Source: Octopus sinensis
Taxonomy: Eukaryota
Assembly: GCF_006345805.1 (NCBI RefSeq)
Contig: NC_042998.1
Span: 55,862,001 to 55,926,000 of the forward strand
DNA length: 64,000 nucleotides
Reading direction: 5' to 3'
Made by a program: the position numbers and the translations under genes. The first letter of the stretch is position 1. Each line of letters begins with the position of its first letter. This document shows positions 1-11,522 of the stretch, piece after piece. Under the pieces are notes generated by a model. The model did not search any database and had not been told where the DNA came from. It saw only the letters and a program-made list of their open reading frames with translations.

Positions 1-876
1 GTGGTCTTTTCAATTGCATGAAATAAAAGATTGAGGGGGACGGGATAAACTACCTGCATTAACTTGCTATAAAATGAGGTACTAATTTCAACTTTCTTTA
101 ATCTTGGTGCAAGTTTTGAAGAGTGCAGTTTGATATTAGCAGCTTCTTTTTTTAAAGCTATAATGAAAGTAACAAAGGAGCATGTTCGGCATATTTTGCT
201 TTATAAGTTCAATAAAGTCAACAAGTGTAAGGAATATTAATGCATTATATGGGGATTGGACAATAAATGTAAGCCTGTGTCAACAGTGGTTTCAGAAATT
301 CCGAGCCGGAAACTACAGACTAGAAGACGAGCCTTATCCTGGAATATCTGTAGAGCTTGACGAGGACGTCCTGAAAACCCTGGTGGAACAAAATCCCATC
401 GCAGCTGTTGAGGAAGCTTGGATTTGGTCATTCAACCAATCATCAACACCTACGTGCCATAGGAAAAGGATCATATTTGGTTTCAAGACGAAAGGTGTTC
501 TTCAATCAGGATAATGCTCGGCCACATATAGCGAGGATGACATTCCAAAGGCTGGACAATTTGAATGGGAAACAATGCCCCACACACCATATTCGCTGGA
601 CACACCATATCATTAATTCCGCAAACTTTAAAATGATTTGGACGGAAAAAATATGAACTCTGTAGACGAGGTCAGAACAGTACTGGAGGAATATTTTTCA
701 TCACAGAAGAGTGGATTTTTGAAGAGGGGCCTTGCAAGTCTACCAGATAGATGGAAGAGCATTGTAGAAGATGAAGGAGAATATATTTTAGATTAAAGCC
801 GAACCTTGTTTATCTTAATTTTGAAAAAAGTATAAAAGAAGTATAAAAACACCGTATTATTTATGGGATGACCCAA
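1..876 (+). mobile_element. Internally deleted, frameshifted mariner (Tc1/mariner) transposon, right part
   Basis: ORFs 182-514 (QQWFQKFRAGNY.LEDEP..G, mariner HTH region) and 408-656 (LGFGHST..., FNQDNARPH). The C-terminus LPDRWKSIVEDEGEYILD* lies near 740-796. A TIR-like TATTATTTATGGGATGACCCAA is followed by TA at 877-878. Confidence 0.85.
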
Positions 877-890
877 TATGTATGTATTTA

Positions 891-959
891 TAATAATAAT
901 AATAATGATAATTATGATATATATTTATAATAATAATAATGATAATAATAATAATAATA

Positions 960-990
<31 letters not shown>

Positions 991-1117
991 TACACATAAA
1001 ACAATATCATTGATGATGATGATGGTGGTGATGGTGATGGTGATGATGATAATGATGATGGTAATGGTTGTGATAATGATGATAGTGATAATAATGGTGA
1101 TGATAATAACAATAATA
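891..1117. repeat. (AAT)n and (GAT/GGT)n trinucleotide microsatellites upstream of the Dong-like LINE
   Basis: Directly visible repeats. Confidence 0.95.
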
Positions 1118-1227
1118 AGCCGACTACGGCTGCTTTAATGGTACGATTATAATTGTAACAGCAATGATGGCCGTCTCCCCACGAGCCAACCAAAGCTAAA
1201 AGATGATAACATTATCGTAGCACCAAA

Positions 1228-3569
1228 ATGTTTTTGGAAACTAAAAGGAAAACTAAATCAGTATACCAAATCGCTTGTCCTATGGTTAATCTGGAAGCGC
1301 GTCCCCCAGGGAAGAGCCAGCCTGGGACCGAAAAGTCATCAACTGGCACAAACTCTTCTCCGAATACGGACATGGATGGTCACTTGAACGGGAAATCCCC
1401 CAACTCGAGCCCTCCAAGTTCACCACCACAACCACCACAGAAAGAAAAATGTAAGCGGAACAAATGGACCCGAGAAGAGTATAAAGAAGTAATATACGCT
1501 TATTACTATGCATTAGGTAGGCCATCTCAAGAGAGACACACCGCAAACTCTTACAGTATATGGAGAACACGGAATCAAGACAGTAGGCCCTATTTGGACG
1601 AGAACAAATTAGCAAATGTGAGGAGGGATATCCTTAGAAATAACAGACTCACAGACAGTGAAATAAGCGCGATCAAGCACGCAACGGAAAATGACATAAA
1701 TATAAGACACAAAGGAAATGAAGAATCAGATGAACAGTATAGCCCGCCACGAGGCTTAATTGAAAGACTGCCATCTGACCAAAGTACGCAAAGGCCTGAA
1801 GATACAAGAAATTCTATTGTACCTGTTAAAGATAGCCAGGAAAACGAAAAAACAACAGTAACTGAAGATCTCGCATCTGCTGAAGAACACAGAGAGTCTA
1901 TGGCAGAAATGAGGCAGAAAATCCTGAATACACTTGAAGTTGTAAGACATACAAGTATGAATGATAGAGAACTACTTCATAAACTCTCAAATACAAACCA
2001 AAATAAAAAACAAATCCAAATTGGCAACTATGTAACAAATGAAATAAAACGAGAATTAAAACCTGATTTTACTGAGTTAAATGAAATTATTTACGCTTCT
2101 GCTAGGGCAATTGAAACCAGCTGTATGCCCCCGAAAAAACAAAGAAAACCAAACCTGGGAAGAAATCAAACCTGGAGAAGTAAAATTGAAAAAGAGATTG
2201 AATTTATGAGAGGGAAAATATCAATATTAAATGAACTAATATGTGGAAATGATGTAAGATCCAGAACAGGAAGAAAGATGAAGAGAAAATTTGGATCCTC
2301 ACCAAGAGAAGAACTGATATCAATAAAAGAAACGCTGAAATAAAAAGTCCAAGCAAAAGCCCAAAGAATACGAAGATTTGAGAAGAGAAACAAGTTTTAC
2401 AAGCAAAATAAGGTGTTCACATCCAATGCCAAAAAATTCTACAGAGAAATAGGGAAGGAGAAAGTAACCGTTAAAGACCCCCCTCCCATGGAAGAAGTTC
2501 AAAACTTTTGGAAAAGTATTTGGAGTGACAAGAAGACGTACAACATAAATGCAGACTGGATTATACAAACTGAAGGATCCTACCAAAATTTACAACAACA
2601 AGCATGGGAAGACATCACAATAACAGACCTAAGAAAGGCACTCACGAAGGCCCATAATTGGAAATCCCCCGGTAAAGATAGGGTGCCGAATTTCTGGCTC
2701 GCATCGCTCCCATGCGCACACGGTAAGCTAGTTCAGCTGCTCAATGGAATTATGAGAGACCCAAAGAAAACACCTGAATGGTTTGCAAGTGGCATTACTT
2801 ACCTACTCCCAAAGAATATTTAAACCAACCTTCCAAAAAACTATCGGCCTATAACCTGTCTATCCACCACGTATAAAATCCTAACATCTATCCTGGCGGA
2901 GAAAACATATGCATTCATGGAGAAGAACGATATTTTCCCCATTGAACAAAAAGGGTGCCGCCGAGGCTCTTACGGATGCAAAGATCAACTGCTAATCAAT
3001 CGTATGATCCTTGAGAACTGTCACAACAAGCGCAGAAATCTCAGCACCGCATGGATTGACTATAAAAAGGCCTTCGACAGTATACCGCATCCATGGATCT
3101 TGAGATCACTGGACATCTTCAAAATTTCCCCTGTGATTTCAAACTTCCTGAAGCACAATATGTCGTTGTGGAATACGAATCTCCAATTATACCACTCTAA
3201 TGGAGTACTTGCCTCAGAAAATATAAACATCAACTGTGGAATTTTTCAAGGTGACTCACTTTCACCTTTAATATTCTGCATAGCCCTAATACCCCTTACA
3301 AGTGAATTAAACAGAACAGGGTATGGGTATAAAATTGCCAATAAAAAATAAGCCATCTATTTTATATGGATGACTTAAAACTTTATGGTAAAGACAATAA
3401 TGAACTTGAAGGCCTATTGTGCACTGTGAAAGCATTCAGCGATGACATCGGGATGGAGTTTGGACTTGAGAAGTGTGCCAAGGCCACTTTCCAGAAAGGG
3501 AAAGTGAAGACCACAAATTCAGCCGTGTTAGATGTTGACACAGTCATAAGAGAGCTTGAGCAAGAACAA
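1228..3569 (+). pseudogene. Dong/R4 ORF, N-terminal and RT part (in-frame stops at 2341 and 2821, frameshift at ~3350)
   Basis: ORF track pieces join into one R4-type ORF: LK*KVQAKAQRIRR, KNI*TNLPKNYRP, KK/ISHLFYMDDLKLY. Confidence 0.9.
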
Positions 3570-6144
3570 TTTTTTGGCATCCTTTCTGTCTTGGGAGACA
3601 ATGGAGTTGCGCATTTTTTTTTTTTTTTTTTTTTAGGTCTAGTCCGGCTGTTATATTTTATTTCCTGTTACATTTCTTGCTGTGGCTGTGTAGTCCTATC
3701 CTGGACAAACACTCCCTCTGGCAGGTACTGCAAATGTAGCGAAGACTGTTCCTGGCTGGTTGTAGTGCCATGGTCTCTTGTTTATGTCTCTTCCTTTCTT
3801 TCCATTTCTCCTCTCTCTTTCTGTCACTCCTCTGTATACCCTCTTTTACTGTACGTCGCCATTCTCCACGGTTGCCGGCGACTGCCTCCCAACCGCTAAT
3901 GTTGATGTTGCAGGCCTTCATATCCCTTTTGCAAACATCCTTGTAACGTAAGATCGGTCTACCCACAGACCTAGTACCCCTAGCAAGCTCTCCGTAGAGT
4001 ATGTCCTTGGGGATTCTGCCATCTTTCATACGGCTAACATGCCCAAGCCATCTCATACGTCTTTGTGTGAGGAGTGCAAACATGCTTGGTATTCCTGCTT
4101 GCCTGAGGACATCTTTGTTGGGGATATGATTCTGCCATTTGATGTGGAGGATTTTTCGGAGGCAGCGCAGGTGAAAGATGTTTAGGCGACGCTCTTGGCG
4201 TGTGTATAGCGTCCAGGTCTCGCTTCCATACAGTAGAGTGCTGAGTACACATGCCTGGTAGATCTTCATTTTTGTGGTCTTGGTCAGCTTATTGTTGTCC
4301 CAAGCCCGTTTGGAGAGTTGGGCCATCGCAGCAGCTGCCTTGCCAATGCGTATATTGAGCTCAGCGTCAAGGGATAGGTTGTAGGTGACGGTAGAGCCCA
4401 GATAGGTAAACTTCTCCACCTCTTGTAATCTGTGGTCTCTAATATGTATGTTTGGGATGTCCGATGTAGCCTGGCCCATGATGTTGGTCTTCTTAAGGCT
4501 GATAGCTAAGCCAAAGTCGTTACATGCTTGCTCAAAACAGTTAATGAGCCTTTGGAGGGCTTCTTCTGTGTGTGTTACCAGAGCGGCATCATCAGCAAAT
4601 AACATCTCCTTGATCAGGACGTTTCTGATTTTGGTCTTGGCACGCAGGCGCGAGAGATTGAACAGTTTCCCGTCACTTCTACTGTGCAGAAACACTCCAT
4701 CATCTGATGTCTGAAAGGCATGTGACAGCAAGAGTGAGAAGAAGATGCCAAACAATGTAGGAACGAGGACACAGCCTTGCTTTACCCCGTTTTTTATTTG
4801 GAAGGCGGCTGATGTTGAACCGTTGTGCTGTATGGTGCCTTGCATGTCATCATGGAAAGACTTGATGATCCTCAGCAGCTTTGGTGGACATCCGATTTTT
4901 TGGAGCAGGAGGAAGAGGCCTGTTCTGCTTACCGAGTCAAAAGCCTTTGTTAGATCAATGAAGGCCATATATAATGGCATTTTCTGCTCTCTGGACTTCT
5001 CCTGAAGTTGGCGTATGGAGAATATCATATCGATAGTTGATCTGCTTCTTCTAAAGCCACACTGCGATTCCGGATAGATTCGAGAAGCAAGTAGTTGTAG
5101 CCTGGCCAGGATAACGCGGGCAAAGGTCTTTCCAGCAGTGCTTAGAAGGGATATACCACGGTAATTGTTACAATCACCACGGTCACCTTTGTTTTTGTAG
5201 AGCGTAATGATGTTGGCATCCCGCATATCCTGAGGGACTGTACCCTCTTCCCAGCACTGACACAGAAGCTCATGAAGGTGCCGAAGCAGGATGGTGTTTT
5301 TGCCGGCTTTGATGATCTCTGAGGGGATGCCGTCTTTTCCCGGAGCCTTATTTCTTGCTAGGAGTCAACAGCCTTGGTGAGCTCTGCTATAGATGGCGGA
5401 CTGTCAAGTTCGCACATGACTGGCAAGATCTTGACACTCTCGACTGCAGCCTCAGCCACTGTGGTTTCCCGTGAGTAGAGATCCTGGTAGTGCTCCACCC
5501 ATCTATCCATTTGCTTGCCTTGATCCCTGATGAGATCTCCAGTAGTTGATTTCAGAGGGGCTGACTTGGTTGCGGATGGACCGAGGGCCTTCTTCAAACC
5601 AGCATACATCCCACGGTGTCGCCACTGTCAGCAGCTGACTGGATACCTGACAGATTTCCTGCCAATACCTATTTGCACAGCATCTGGCTGTCAGTTGGGT
5701 TTTATTTCGTGCCTTTCTGAGTTCTTCCAGTGACTTTGTAGAAGAGTCACTCTTGTATTGCACCAGAGCTGCACGCTTTGCTTCGATAACTGGCTCCAGC
5801 TCTGAGAGCCCAGCATTGAACCAATCTGGGTTTTGCCTTTCTCTCATGCCGAAAGTATCCAATGATGTCGTATACAAGGCTTCCCTGATATAGTCCCACC
5901 TACTTTCAGCAGAGGAGGTTGGGCAGCTACTGAGGGCAACCTTGATAGAAGCAGCAAAACATTTTCGCAGTGTAGGGTCCGAGGTTCTGGCGGTGTTGAT
6001 GCGTGGTCGGCCCACTTTCTTGGAGCGATGGACTTTTTTAGGGAGAATCCTCACCCTGCTTCTAATTAGTGAGTGGTCTGTGTCACAATCCGCACTGTGG
6101 TAACTGCGGGTCAATAGAGTGGAACTCAGAAAGGATCTCCGTGT
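3570..6144 (-). mobile_element. 5'-truncated RTE-clade LINE (APE C-terminus + RT) nested in the Dong element, TSD AACAA
   Basis: ORF 5503-6198 contains the APE end motif TRSYHSADCDTDHSL. The RT ORF 3658-5226 has NYRGISLLS, QCGFR, AFIDLTKAFD, GVKQGCVL.PTLF, LFADD, FTYLGS and a terminal CxxC-like SRIGLHSH. The RTE-type 3' tail reads CCATTGTCTCCCAAGACAGAAAGGATGCC-A6. AACAA occurs at 3565-3569 and 6145-6149. Confidence 0.95.
3658..5226 (-). CDS. RTE reverse transcriptase domain, 522-aa open frame (part of a frameshifted ORF2)
   Basis: All RT motifs are present without stops. The upstream part is joined by frameshifts at ~5360 and ~5630. Confidence 0.85.
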   Translation of the reverse strand: MRDANIITLYKNKGDRGDCNNYRGISLLSTAGKTFARVILARLQLLASRIYPESQCGFRRSRSTIDMIFSIRQLQEKSREQKMPLYMAFIDLTKAFDSVSRTGLFLLLQKIGCPPKLLRIIKSFHDDMQGTIQHNGSTSAAFQIKNGVKQGCVLVPTLFGIFFSLLLSHAFQTSDDGVFLHSRSDGKLFNLSRLRAKTKIRNVLIKEMLFADDAALVTHTEEALQRLINCFEQACNDFGLAISLKKTNIMGQATSDIPNIHIRDHRLQEVEKFTYLGSTVTYNLSLDAELNIRIGKAAAAMAQLSKRAWDNNKLTKTTKMKIYQACVLSTLLYGSETWTLYTRQERRLNIFHLRCLRKILHIKWQNHIPNKDVLRQAGIPSMFALLTQRRMRWLGHVSRMKDGRIPKDILYGELARGTRSVGRPILRYKDVCKRDMKACNINISGWEAVAGNRGEWRRTVKEGIQRSDRKREEKWKERKRHKQETMALQPARNSLRYICSTCQRECLSRIGLHSHSKKCNRK

Positions 6145-6149
6145 AACAA

Positions 6150-7494
6150 ACATACAAATATTTAGGGATAAATGAAGGCTCTGGTATTCAGCATGCAAGC
6201 ATGAAAGAGAAGATCAGGAAGGAATGTTATAGGAGAGTTCGTGCAGTCCTGAAATCTGAACTAAATGCACGTAACAAGGTGTTAGCTATAAATTCCTTAG
6301 CAGTTCCAGTTGTTACTTATAGCTACAATGTGTTGAACTGGAATATGAGTGAAGTAAAGAATATAGATAGGAAAATACGCAAGCTGCTGAGTTGTAATAG
6401 GATGCACCACCCAAAGGCAGACGTAGATCGCCTTTACCTTCCCAGAGCCCAAGGAGGTCGAGGCCTGATCCAATTTGAACTAGCTTACAAAACAACCACA
6501 ATTGGACTGGCCAATATCTCGAAATATCGAATGACTGGATGCTAAAGCTCGTGGAAAATCACGAGAGACGAAAGAAGCTTCATTCTATTATAAAGGAAAG
6601 CAAAAAATTTGCTATTGATCTCGTGCAGGATACCCAAACAGAACAACCCGAGGGAAGTACGGCAATTATTGTTGCAAAGAAGGTGAAAATAATGGCAACG
6701 AAAAAAGCGCACGAGCAATTGGCTGATAGGTGGGAGGAGAAACCTCTGCACGGCAAATATGTGACCCGCAGCAAACAAGCTGATGTTGACCAGAAGCAAA
6801 CCCATCAGTGGCTACGGAGCTCAGGGCTAAAAGCAGAGAGCGAAGGTTTCATCCTGGCTGCTCAAGATCAAAGCCTATTAACCCGGAACTACCAGGCCAA
6901 TGTGATGAAAAATGGAGCAGACCCAAAATGCCGATTCTGCAACGACATGATTGAAACAGTGGACCACCTAATCTCTGGATGTAAAGTCTTAGCTCCAGTG
7001 GAGTATAAATTAAGACATGACAGAGTTGGCCAATATCTACACTGGCTAATAAGTCGGCATTACAATATCAAAACTGCCGACAAGTGGTATAATCACCACC
7101 CTGAGGCTGTAACTGAAGGAGAAAATGTAACCATTCTGTGGACTTTCCAGTACATACAGACCGAACCATCAAGGCCAATAAACCAGATATTGTTGTGAAA
7201 GACCAAAACAATAAAGTTTTCTTATTGATCGACATGAGCATCCCCTGTGATCATAATATCTCAGCGAAAGAGTTTGACAAGCTCAGAAAATATAAAGACC
7301 TACTCATTGAAATTGAGAAAATGTGGCATCTCAAGGCGGTTACAATACCAGTGATCGTAGGAGCACTAGGAATGATCAAGAAGGGAACCGAAAATTATAT
7401 GAGAATGATCCCTGGCTTACCATCCCTGCAAGAAGTGCAAAAGATTGTCTTAACTGGTACATCACACGTATTGAGAAGAGCATTGTCGATGTGA
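6150..7494 (+). pseudogene. Dong/R4 ORF, C-terminal part (thumb, CCHC knuckle, RLE nuclease; frameshifts at ~6510 and ~7140)
   Basis: TYKYLGI continues in frame from ...ELEQEQ at 3569. CCHC and PD-(D/E)xK motifs are present. Confidence 0.9.
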
Positions 7495-7673
7495 GAACTG
7501 TTGCTGCTCATGTATTTTAATTTAACTTAAAAAAAAAAAAAAAAATGAACGAACTATTGAGTTTGGTTAATGGCCTACCAATGTATACTATGAGTTTCTT
7601 TGCCCTAGGAGTCGGGAAGACACTCGGCAAGAAATGGAAGCAATTTGAAAGAAGAAAAAAAAAAAAAAAAAAA

Positions 7674-7675
<2 letters not shown>

Positions 7676-7723
<48 letters not shown>

Positions 7724-7773
7724 CAACAACAATAATAATAATAATAATATAATAATAATAATAAAATAATAAT
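7676..7773. repeat. (TAA)n/(CAA)n microsatellite, target-like flank of the Dong 3' end
   Basis: Directly visible. Confidence 0.95.
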
Positions 7774-8319
7774 GCAGTACCAGGCAGTGGCTCTCATGGC
7801 TTCTGATCTTAACTGATTGGAAGTGTTATCATGTACATTGTTTTGTCTTGGTATAAAAGATGGGCTACAGCAAATATTCTGCTCAATACCACAGATTTGC
7901 TTGTCAGTTGTTTGACCTTAACCAGTTGAGCATGTCCCTTAGTGGCTGACGATATGTGCATCTCTGATCACGAGCAGAAGTAGTGGGGGAGCATCATAGC
8001 CATGTGTTGAGAGGGATTATTTGGGGTTTAAATAATTCACCTCTGGAAACATGGGTGTTTCATTTAACATCCTTAAACAACCCTCATTCAATGACCATTT
8101 GAGCGGGATGGGCTACTCAACCTGAAGAAAATTCTAACTGGGCCCCACCTGCAAGGTCATGTGCTGTTTATCTTGATATGAGATCACCATGTCGCGCACA
8201 TATGGTTGTGATGCATGTGCCTGGTGTACCTTTATCAGACGGGTAGTCATGATGGGTATATTGGGCTTCGTATATTTTACCCCAGTGTCACTTTGATGGC
8301 ATGAACTGCTCTCTCACTC
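7774..8319. mobile_element. ~546-bp non-coding element bounded on both sides by (AAT)n; unclassified, probably an interspersed repeat
   Basis: Sharp borders to (AAT)n on both sides, higher GC than the flanks, no ORF over 60 aa. Confidence 0.55.
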
Positions 8320-8374
<55 letters not shown>

Positions 8375-8585
8375 TAATAATAATATAATTATATTAGGGA
8401 GTATAACTCCAAACTTTCAGGGAAAAATTCAATTTAGTATTAAATCAAATTTCACAAAGTAAATATATAATATATATAAATTAGAGAAAAATCACTATTA
8501 TGCAATTCAAACAATGATAGACATAAAATAAATCCTAAATAAAACATAAAATATATTTTTAAACATAATAGTGGCTTTTCTCTAA

Positions 8586-8978
8586 TCTCTCTCTATATAA
8601 AGCTGAAGTTGTCTGTGTATGGCAGGTTTGGTAGCCTTCAACTAACACTATCTCCTCCGAGACCCTGCGGCGCAAGTTGACCAAAATTGAGATCATGATA
8701 GAAGAAGGCTTGCTCTTCGTTCCGTAGATGAAAAGATTCAAATCGGACCATCTTAACACCAAAAATTATTTACATCAAAAAGGTGCTTTTTTTTCTATGA
8801 AAATCCCTATTTTTTACGATTTTTTGACTGCTGTGTCGCCATTTTTCGGTGTATTTCAACAAGAAAAATGTTCACTTAAAGAGAATAACAAGTTACATAA
8901 GGCAAAATTTTTACTTTTCAAAAATTCCAATTCTAAAGGGTTGAAACAAACCCGAGCAACGCCGGGTGATACTGCTAG
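8586..8978 (+). mobile_element. Non-autonomous Helitron (~390 bp)
   Basis: 5' A|TC (TCTCTCTCTATATAAAG). The 3' hairpin CCCGAGCAACGCCGGG (8951-8966) is followed by CTAG|T at 8975-8979. Confidence 0.85.
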
Positions 8979-9756
8979 TTTATATATATATATCAGGTGA
9001 ATAAAGTTAAAACATGGCCTGGTTTTCACGATGTTTATGGTATTCTTACATTAAAAAATATTTTGTAATGCTCATAATGTTAAATTAGAGCTTTCATACA
9101 TAGAGTAATAATCAGATTTCAAATGTGCTTACATTGTAAAAAAAATGTGTTTACATGTAAACACATCTTTTTCTTCTTTCTCTCCTCCTCCTTCCTTTTA
9201 TTCTCTTTTCCATTTGACACTTCTTTCAGATACGCAGACACCTATACACATGCGCACACATACACACACACACACACTCTCTCTCTCTCTCTCTCTCTGT
9301 CTCTCACAAGACAATGATAAAAGGAAATCCAGACAATTTTTTGAAAAGTGACATGTTGCCCCACTTGGAGTGACCAGCTGGGTTTGCCATTTCTAAAAGC
9401 CAAGAATCATTTACTATTGAAAGACTGACCAGCTGCAAAAATATCAAAAAAATTTTTCTTCTTTCTCTCCTTCTTCTTCCTTTCCTTCTCTTTTTCTTTA
9501 ACACTACATTCAGATACAAACACACACACGCGCACACACACGCGCACACACACATACACACACACACACGCGCTCTTTCTCACTTTCTCTTCATTCCTCT
9601 TCCTCTTGTACTATCTTATATCTCTCCCCACACCTACACATTCAATAATACTATAAAAAGAGACGAAATTCCTGCAAAAGTTCAATTTAACAACTCCATT
9701 AGAGTGGACGAAAGCGCTTATATATATGATATATGATTTATAAAAACAGAGAAAAA

Positions 9757-10169
9757 GGCAGTTTTTCTAGCGGTGTCATATGAAATTGTCCCCCATAATC
9801 ATGAGCCTAGTATCGATCTATTGCATTTCAATCTATTTTAGATTTAGGGTTAGTTAGGGTTAGGGTTAGGGGTGGGGGAAGGGTATCTTTTTTTCTTCAC
9901 AAATGTAAATAAACCCAATCTGTTTCTTAAACGAGGGACATATTCATACGGCACAGAATGTTATTTACCTAAACGGACGTCAGTGATTGGTTAAAATTGC
10001 CGAAATGCAAGAAATTAAAGACGAAATATCTTACAAACTATAGAATTTTCTCAAGAAGGGCCAAGAGAAAATGATGTTTTATAAACTCATTCTACCAGTA
10101 TACGAAGTTTAAAATTTTTTAGTTACCTAGAAATTATGTTAAAAACTGCCGTTCAAACCGAAAAGATCC
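9757..10169 (+). mobile_element. MITE copy 1 (left TIR truncated) with internal TTAGGG-like repeats
   Basis: Highly similar along its length to 11018-11445; the right TIR AAAACTGCCGTTCAAACCGAAAAGATCC is retained. Confidence 0.85.
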
Positions 10170-10302
10170 AAACATACATACATACGTTCGTACATGAGTA
10201 CTTGCATACATCCAAATATACATACATATATACATACATATATACATTCATACATTCATACATACATACATGCATACATACATACATACATACATACATA
10301 CA

Positions 10303-10333
<31 letters not shown>

Positions 10334-10798
10334 GAGTCAATGAACAAACGAAAGTGGTAGGCAACACATTTGGTAGAATCTACATACATTATTTAATAAC
10401 AGTCAGGCATCAAGATGTTGATGACTTTAGTTCGTCGTACGAGCCTATGAAATTTTAAGTTGCACGGAACTGAATTAAACTGTTACTGTATAATACATAC
10501 ATACACATAAGGACGCACACGGATATATATAAACGTGTATATATGTTTGCGTAAACGGGAGAAAATTACTTAATACAAATAGACTATGTTTTTGTTGCTT
10601 GAAGAATCGAACGTAGAGGTTCTGTAAAGGATGTTGATTAGTTACGAATGAATGTGTCGTGGGCAGGGGAAGACAGGTAAATAAATAGATAAATATTTGA
10701 GCAAATAAGCAAGTAGTTAACAACCTGAACGAAATAAAACATATAAACACAGACAGGTGTGTGTGTGTGTGCGTGTGTGTGTGTGTGTGTGTGCGTGC

Positions 10799-10855
<57 letters not shown>

Positions 10856-11017
10856 TGTGTGTGTCTACAAGGATTGTTTTATCACAGAATAACTCAGAAA
10901 ACTTATAATTGTTTGTATTTCTTAGCATCGAAAATATTCAGGTAACAGTTTTTATGTGTTTTTTGTTTTATTTTGATCATCTTCGCTTGTATTTATTTTT
11001 GCTAGAATTACACTTTT

Positions 11018-11445
11018 GGGATCTTTTCGGTTTGAACGGCAGTTTTTTCTAGCGGTGTCATATGAAATTGTCACCCATAATTATGACCCTAGTATCGATC
11101 TATTGCATTTCAATCTGTTTTAGAGTTAGGGTTAGTTAGGGTTAGGGTTAGGGGTGGGGTTTTTTCTTCACAAATGTAAATAAACCCAATCTGTTTCTTA
11201 AACGAGGGACATATTCATACGGCACAGAATGGTTTTTTTTTACCTCAATGGACGTCATCGATTGGTTGAAATTGCAGAAATTGAAGAAAAAAAAACAATA
11301 AATATCTTACAAACTATAGAATTTTCTCAATAAAGCCAAGAGCAAAAGATGTTTTATAAACACATTCTACCAGTATACGAAGTTTAAAATTTTTTAGTTA
11401 CCTAGAAATTATGTTAAAAACTGCCGTTCAAACCGAAAATATCCC
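11018..11445 (+). mobile_element. MITE copy 2, 428 bp, ~28-bp TIRs, 6-bp TSD ACTTTT
   Basis: TIRs GGGATCTTTTCGGTTTGAACGGCAGTTTT and AAAACTGCCGTTCAAACCGAAAATATCCC. ACTTTT at 11012-11017 and 11446-11451. Confidence 0.9.
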
Positions 11446-11522
11446 ACTTTTGTAATAAACAGCAACATCAAAAATGGTCCAATGAACCTCTACGACGTAG
11501 AACGACGGTGCAGAGTCTACAC

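Larger units (their letters stand above)
1118..7675 (+). mobile_element. R4/Dong-clade non-LTR retrotransposon (RT + RLE endonuclease), near full length, decayed, interrupted by an RTE insertion
   Basis: A single long ORF in pieces: 1228-2343, 2344-2823, 2824-3351, 3366-3569, then 6150-6545, 6539-7140, 7138-7494. Motifs: Myb-like KRNKWTREEY; KSPGKDRVPNFW; NYRPITCL; GIFQGDSLSPL; YMDD (via frameshift at ~3350); CCHC CRFC..ETVDHLISGC; RHDRV; RLE PDIVV...LIDMSIP...K..KYKDL. The 3'UTR ends in poly(A) 7655-7675 followed by (TAA)n. The 5' boundary is approximate. Confidence 0.93.

Noticed and set aside
1118-1227. Possible HDV-like ribozyme in the Dong 5'UTR (GGCCGT-CTCCCC-ACGAGCC)
   Set aside because: Only a simple hairpin could be drawn; P1, P1.1 and P2 of the double pseudoknot were not found by eye.
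1286-6805. Antisense/alternate-frame ORFs overlapping the LINEs (e.g. 1286-1615, 4448-4714, 4745-5005, 6542-6805)
   Set aside because: Shadow ORFs of TE coding sequence with no independent motifs.
7946-7952. CTGACGA hammerhead-like heptamer (also at 27176-27182)
   Set aside because: No correctly placed GAAA or stems I/III downstream.
9845-11152. TTAGGG repeats as a telomere or chromosome-fusion relic
   Set aside because: Only 3-4 units, located at the same position inside two MITE copies.
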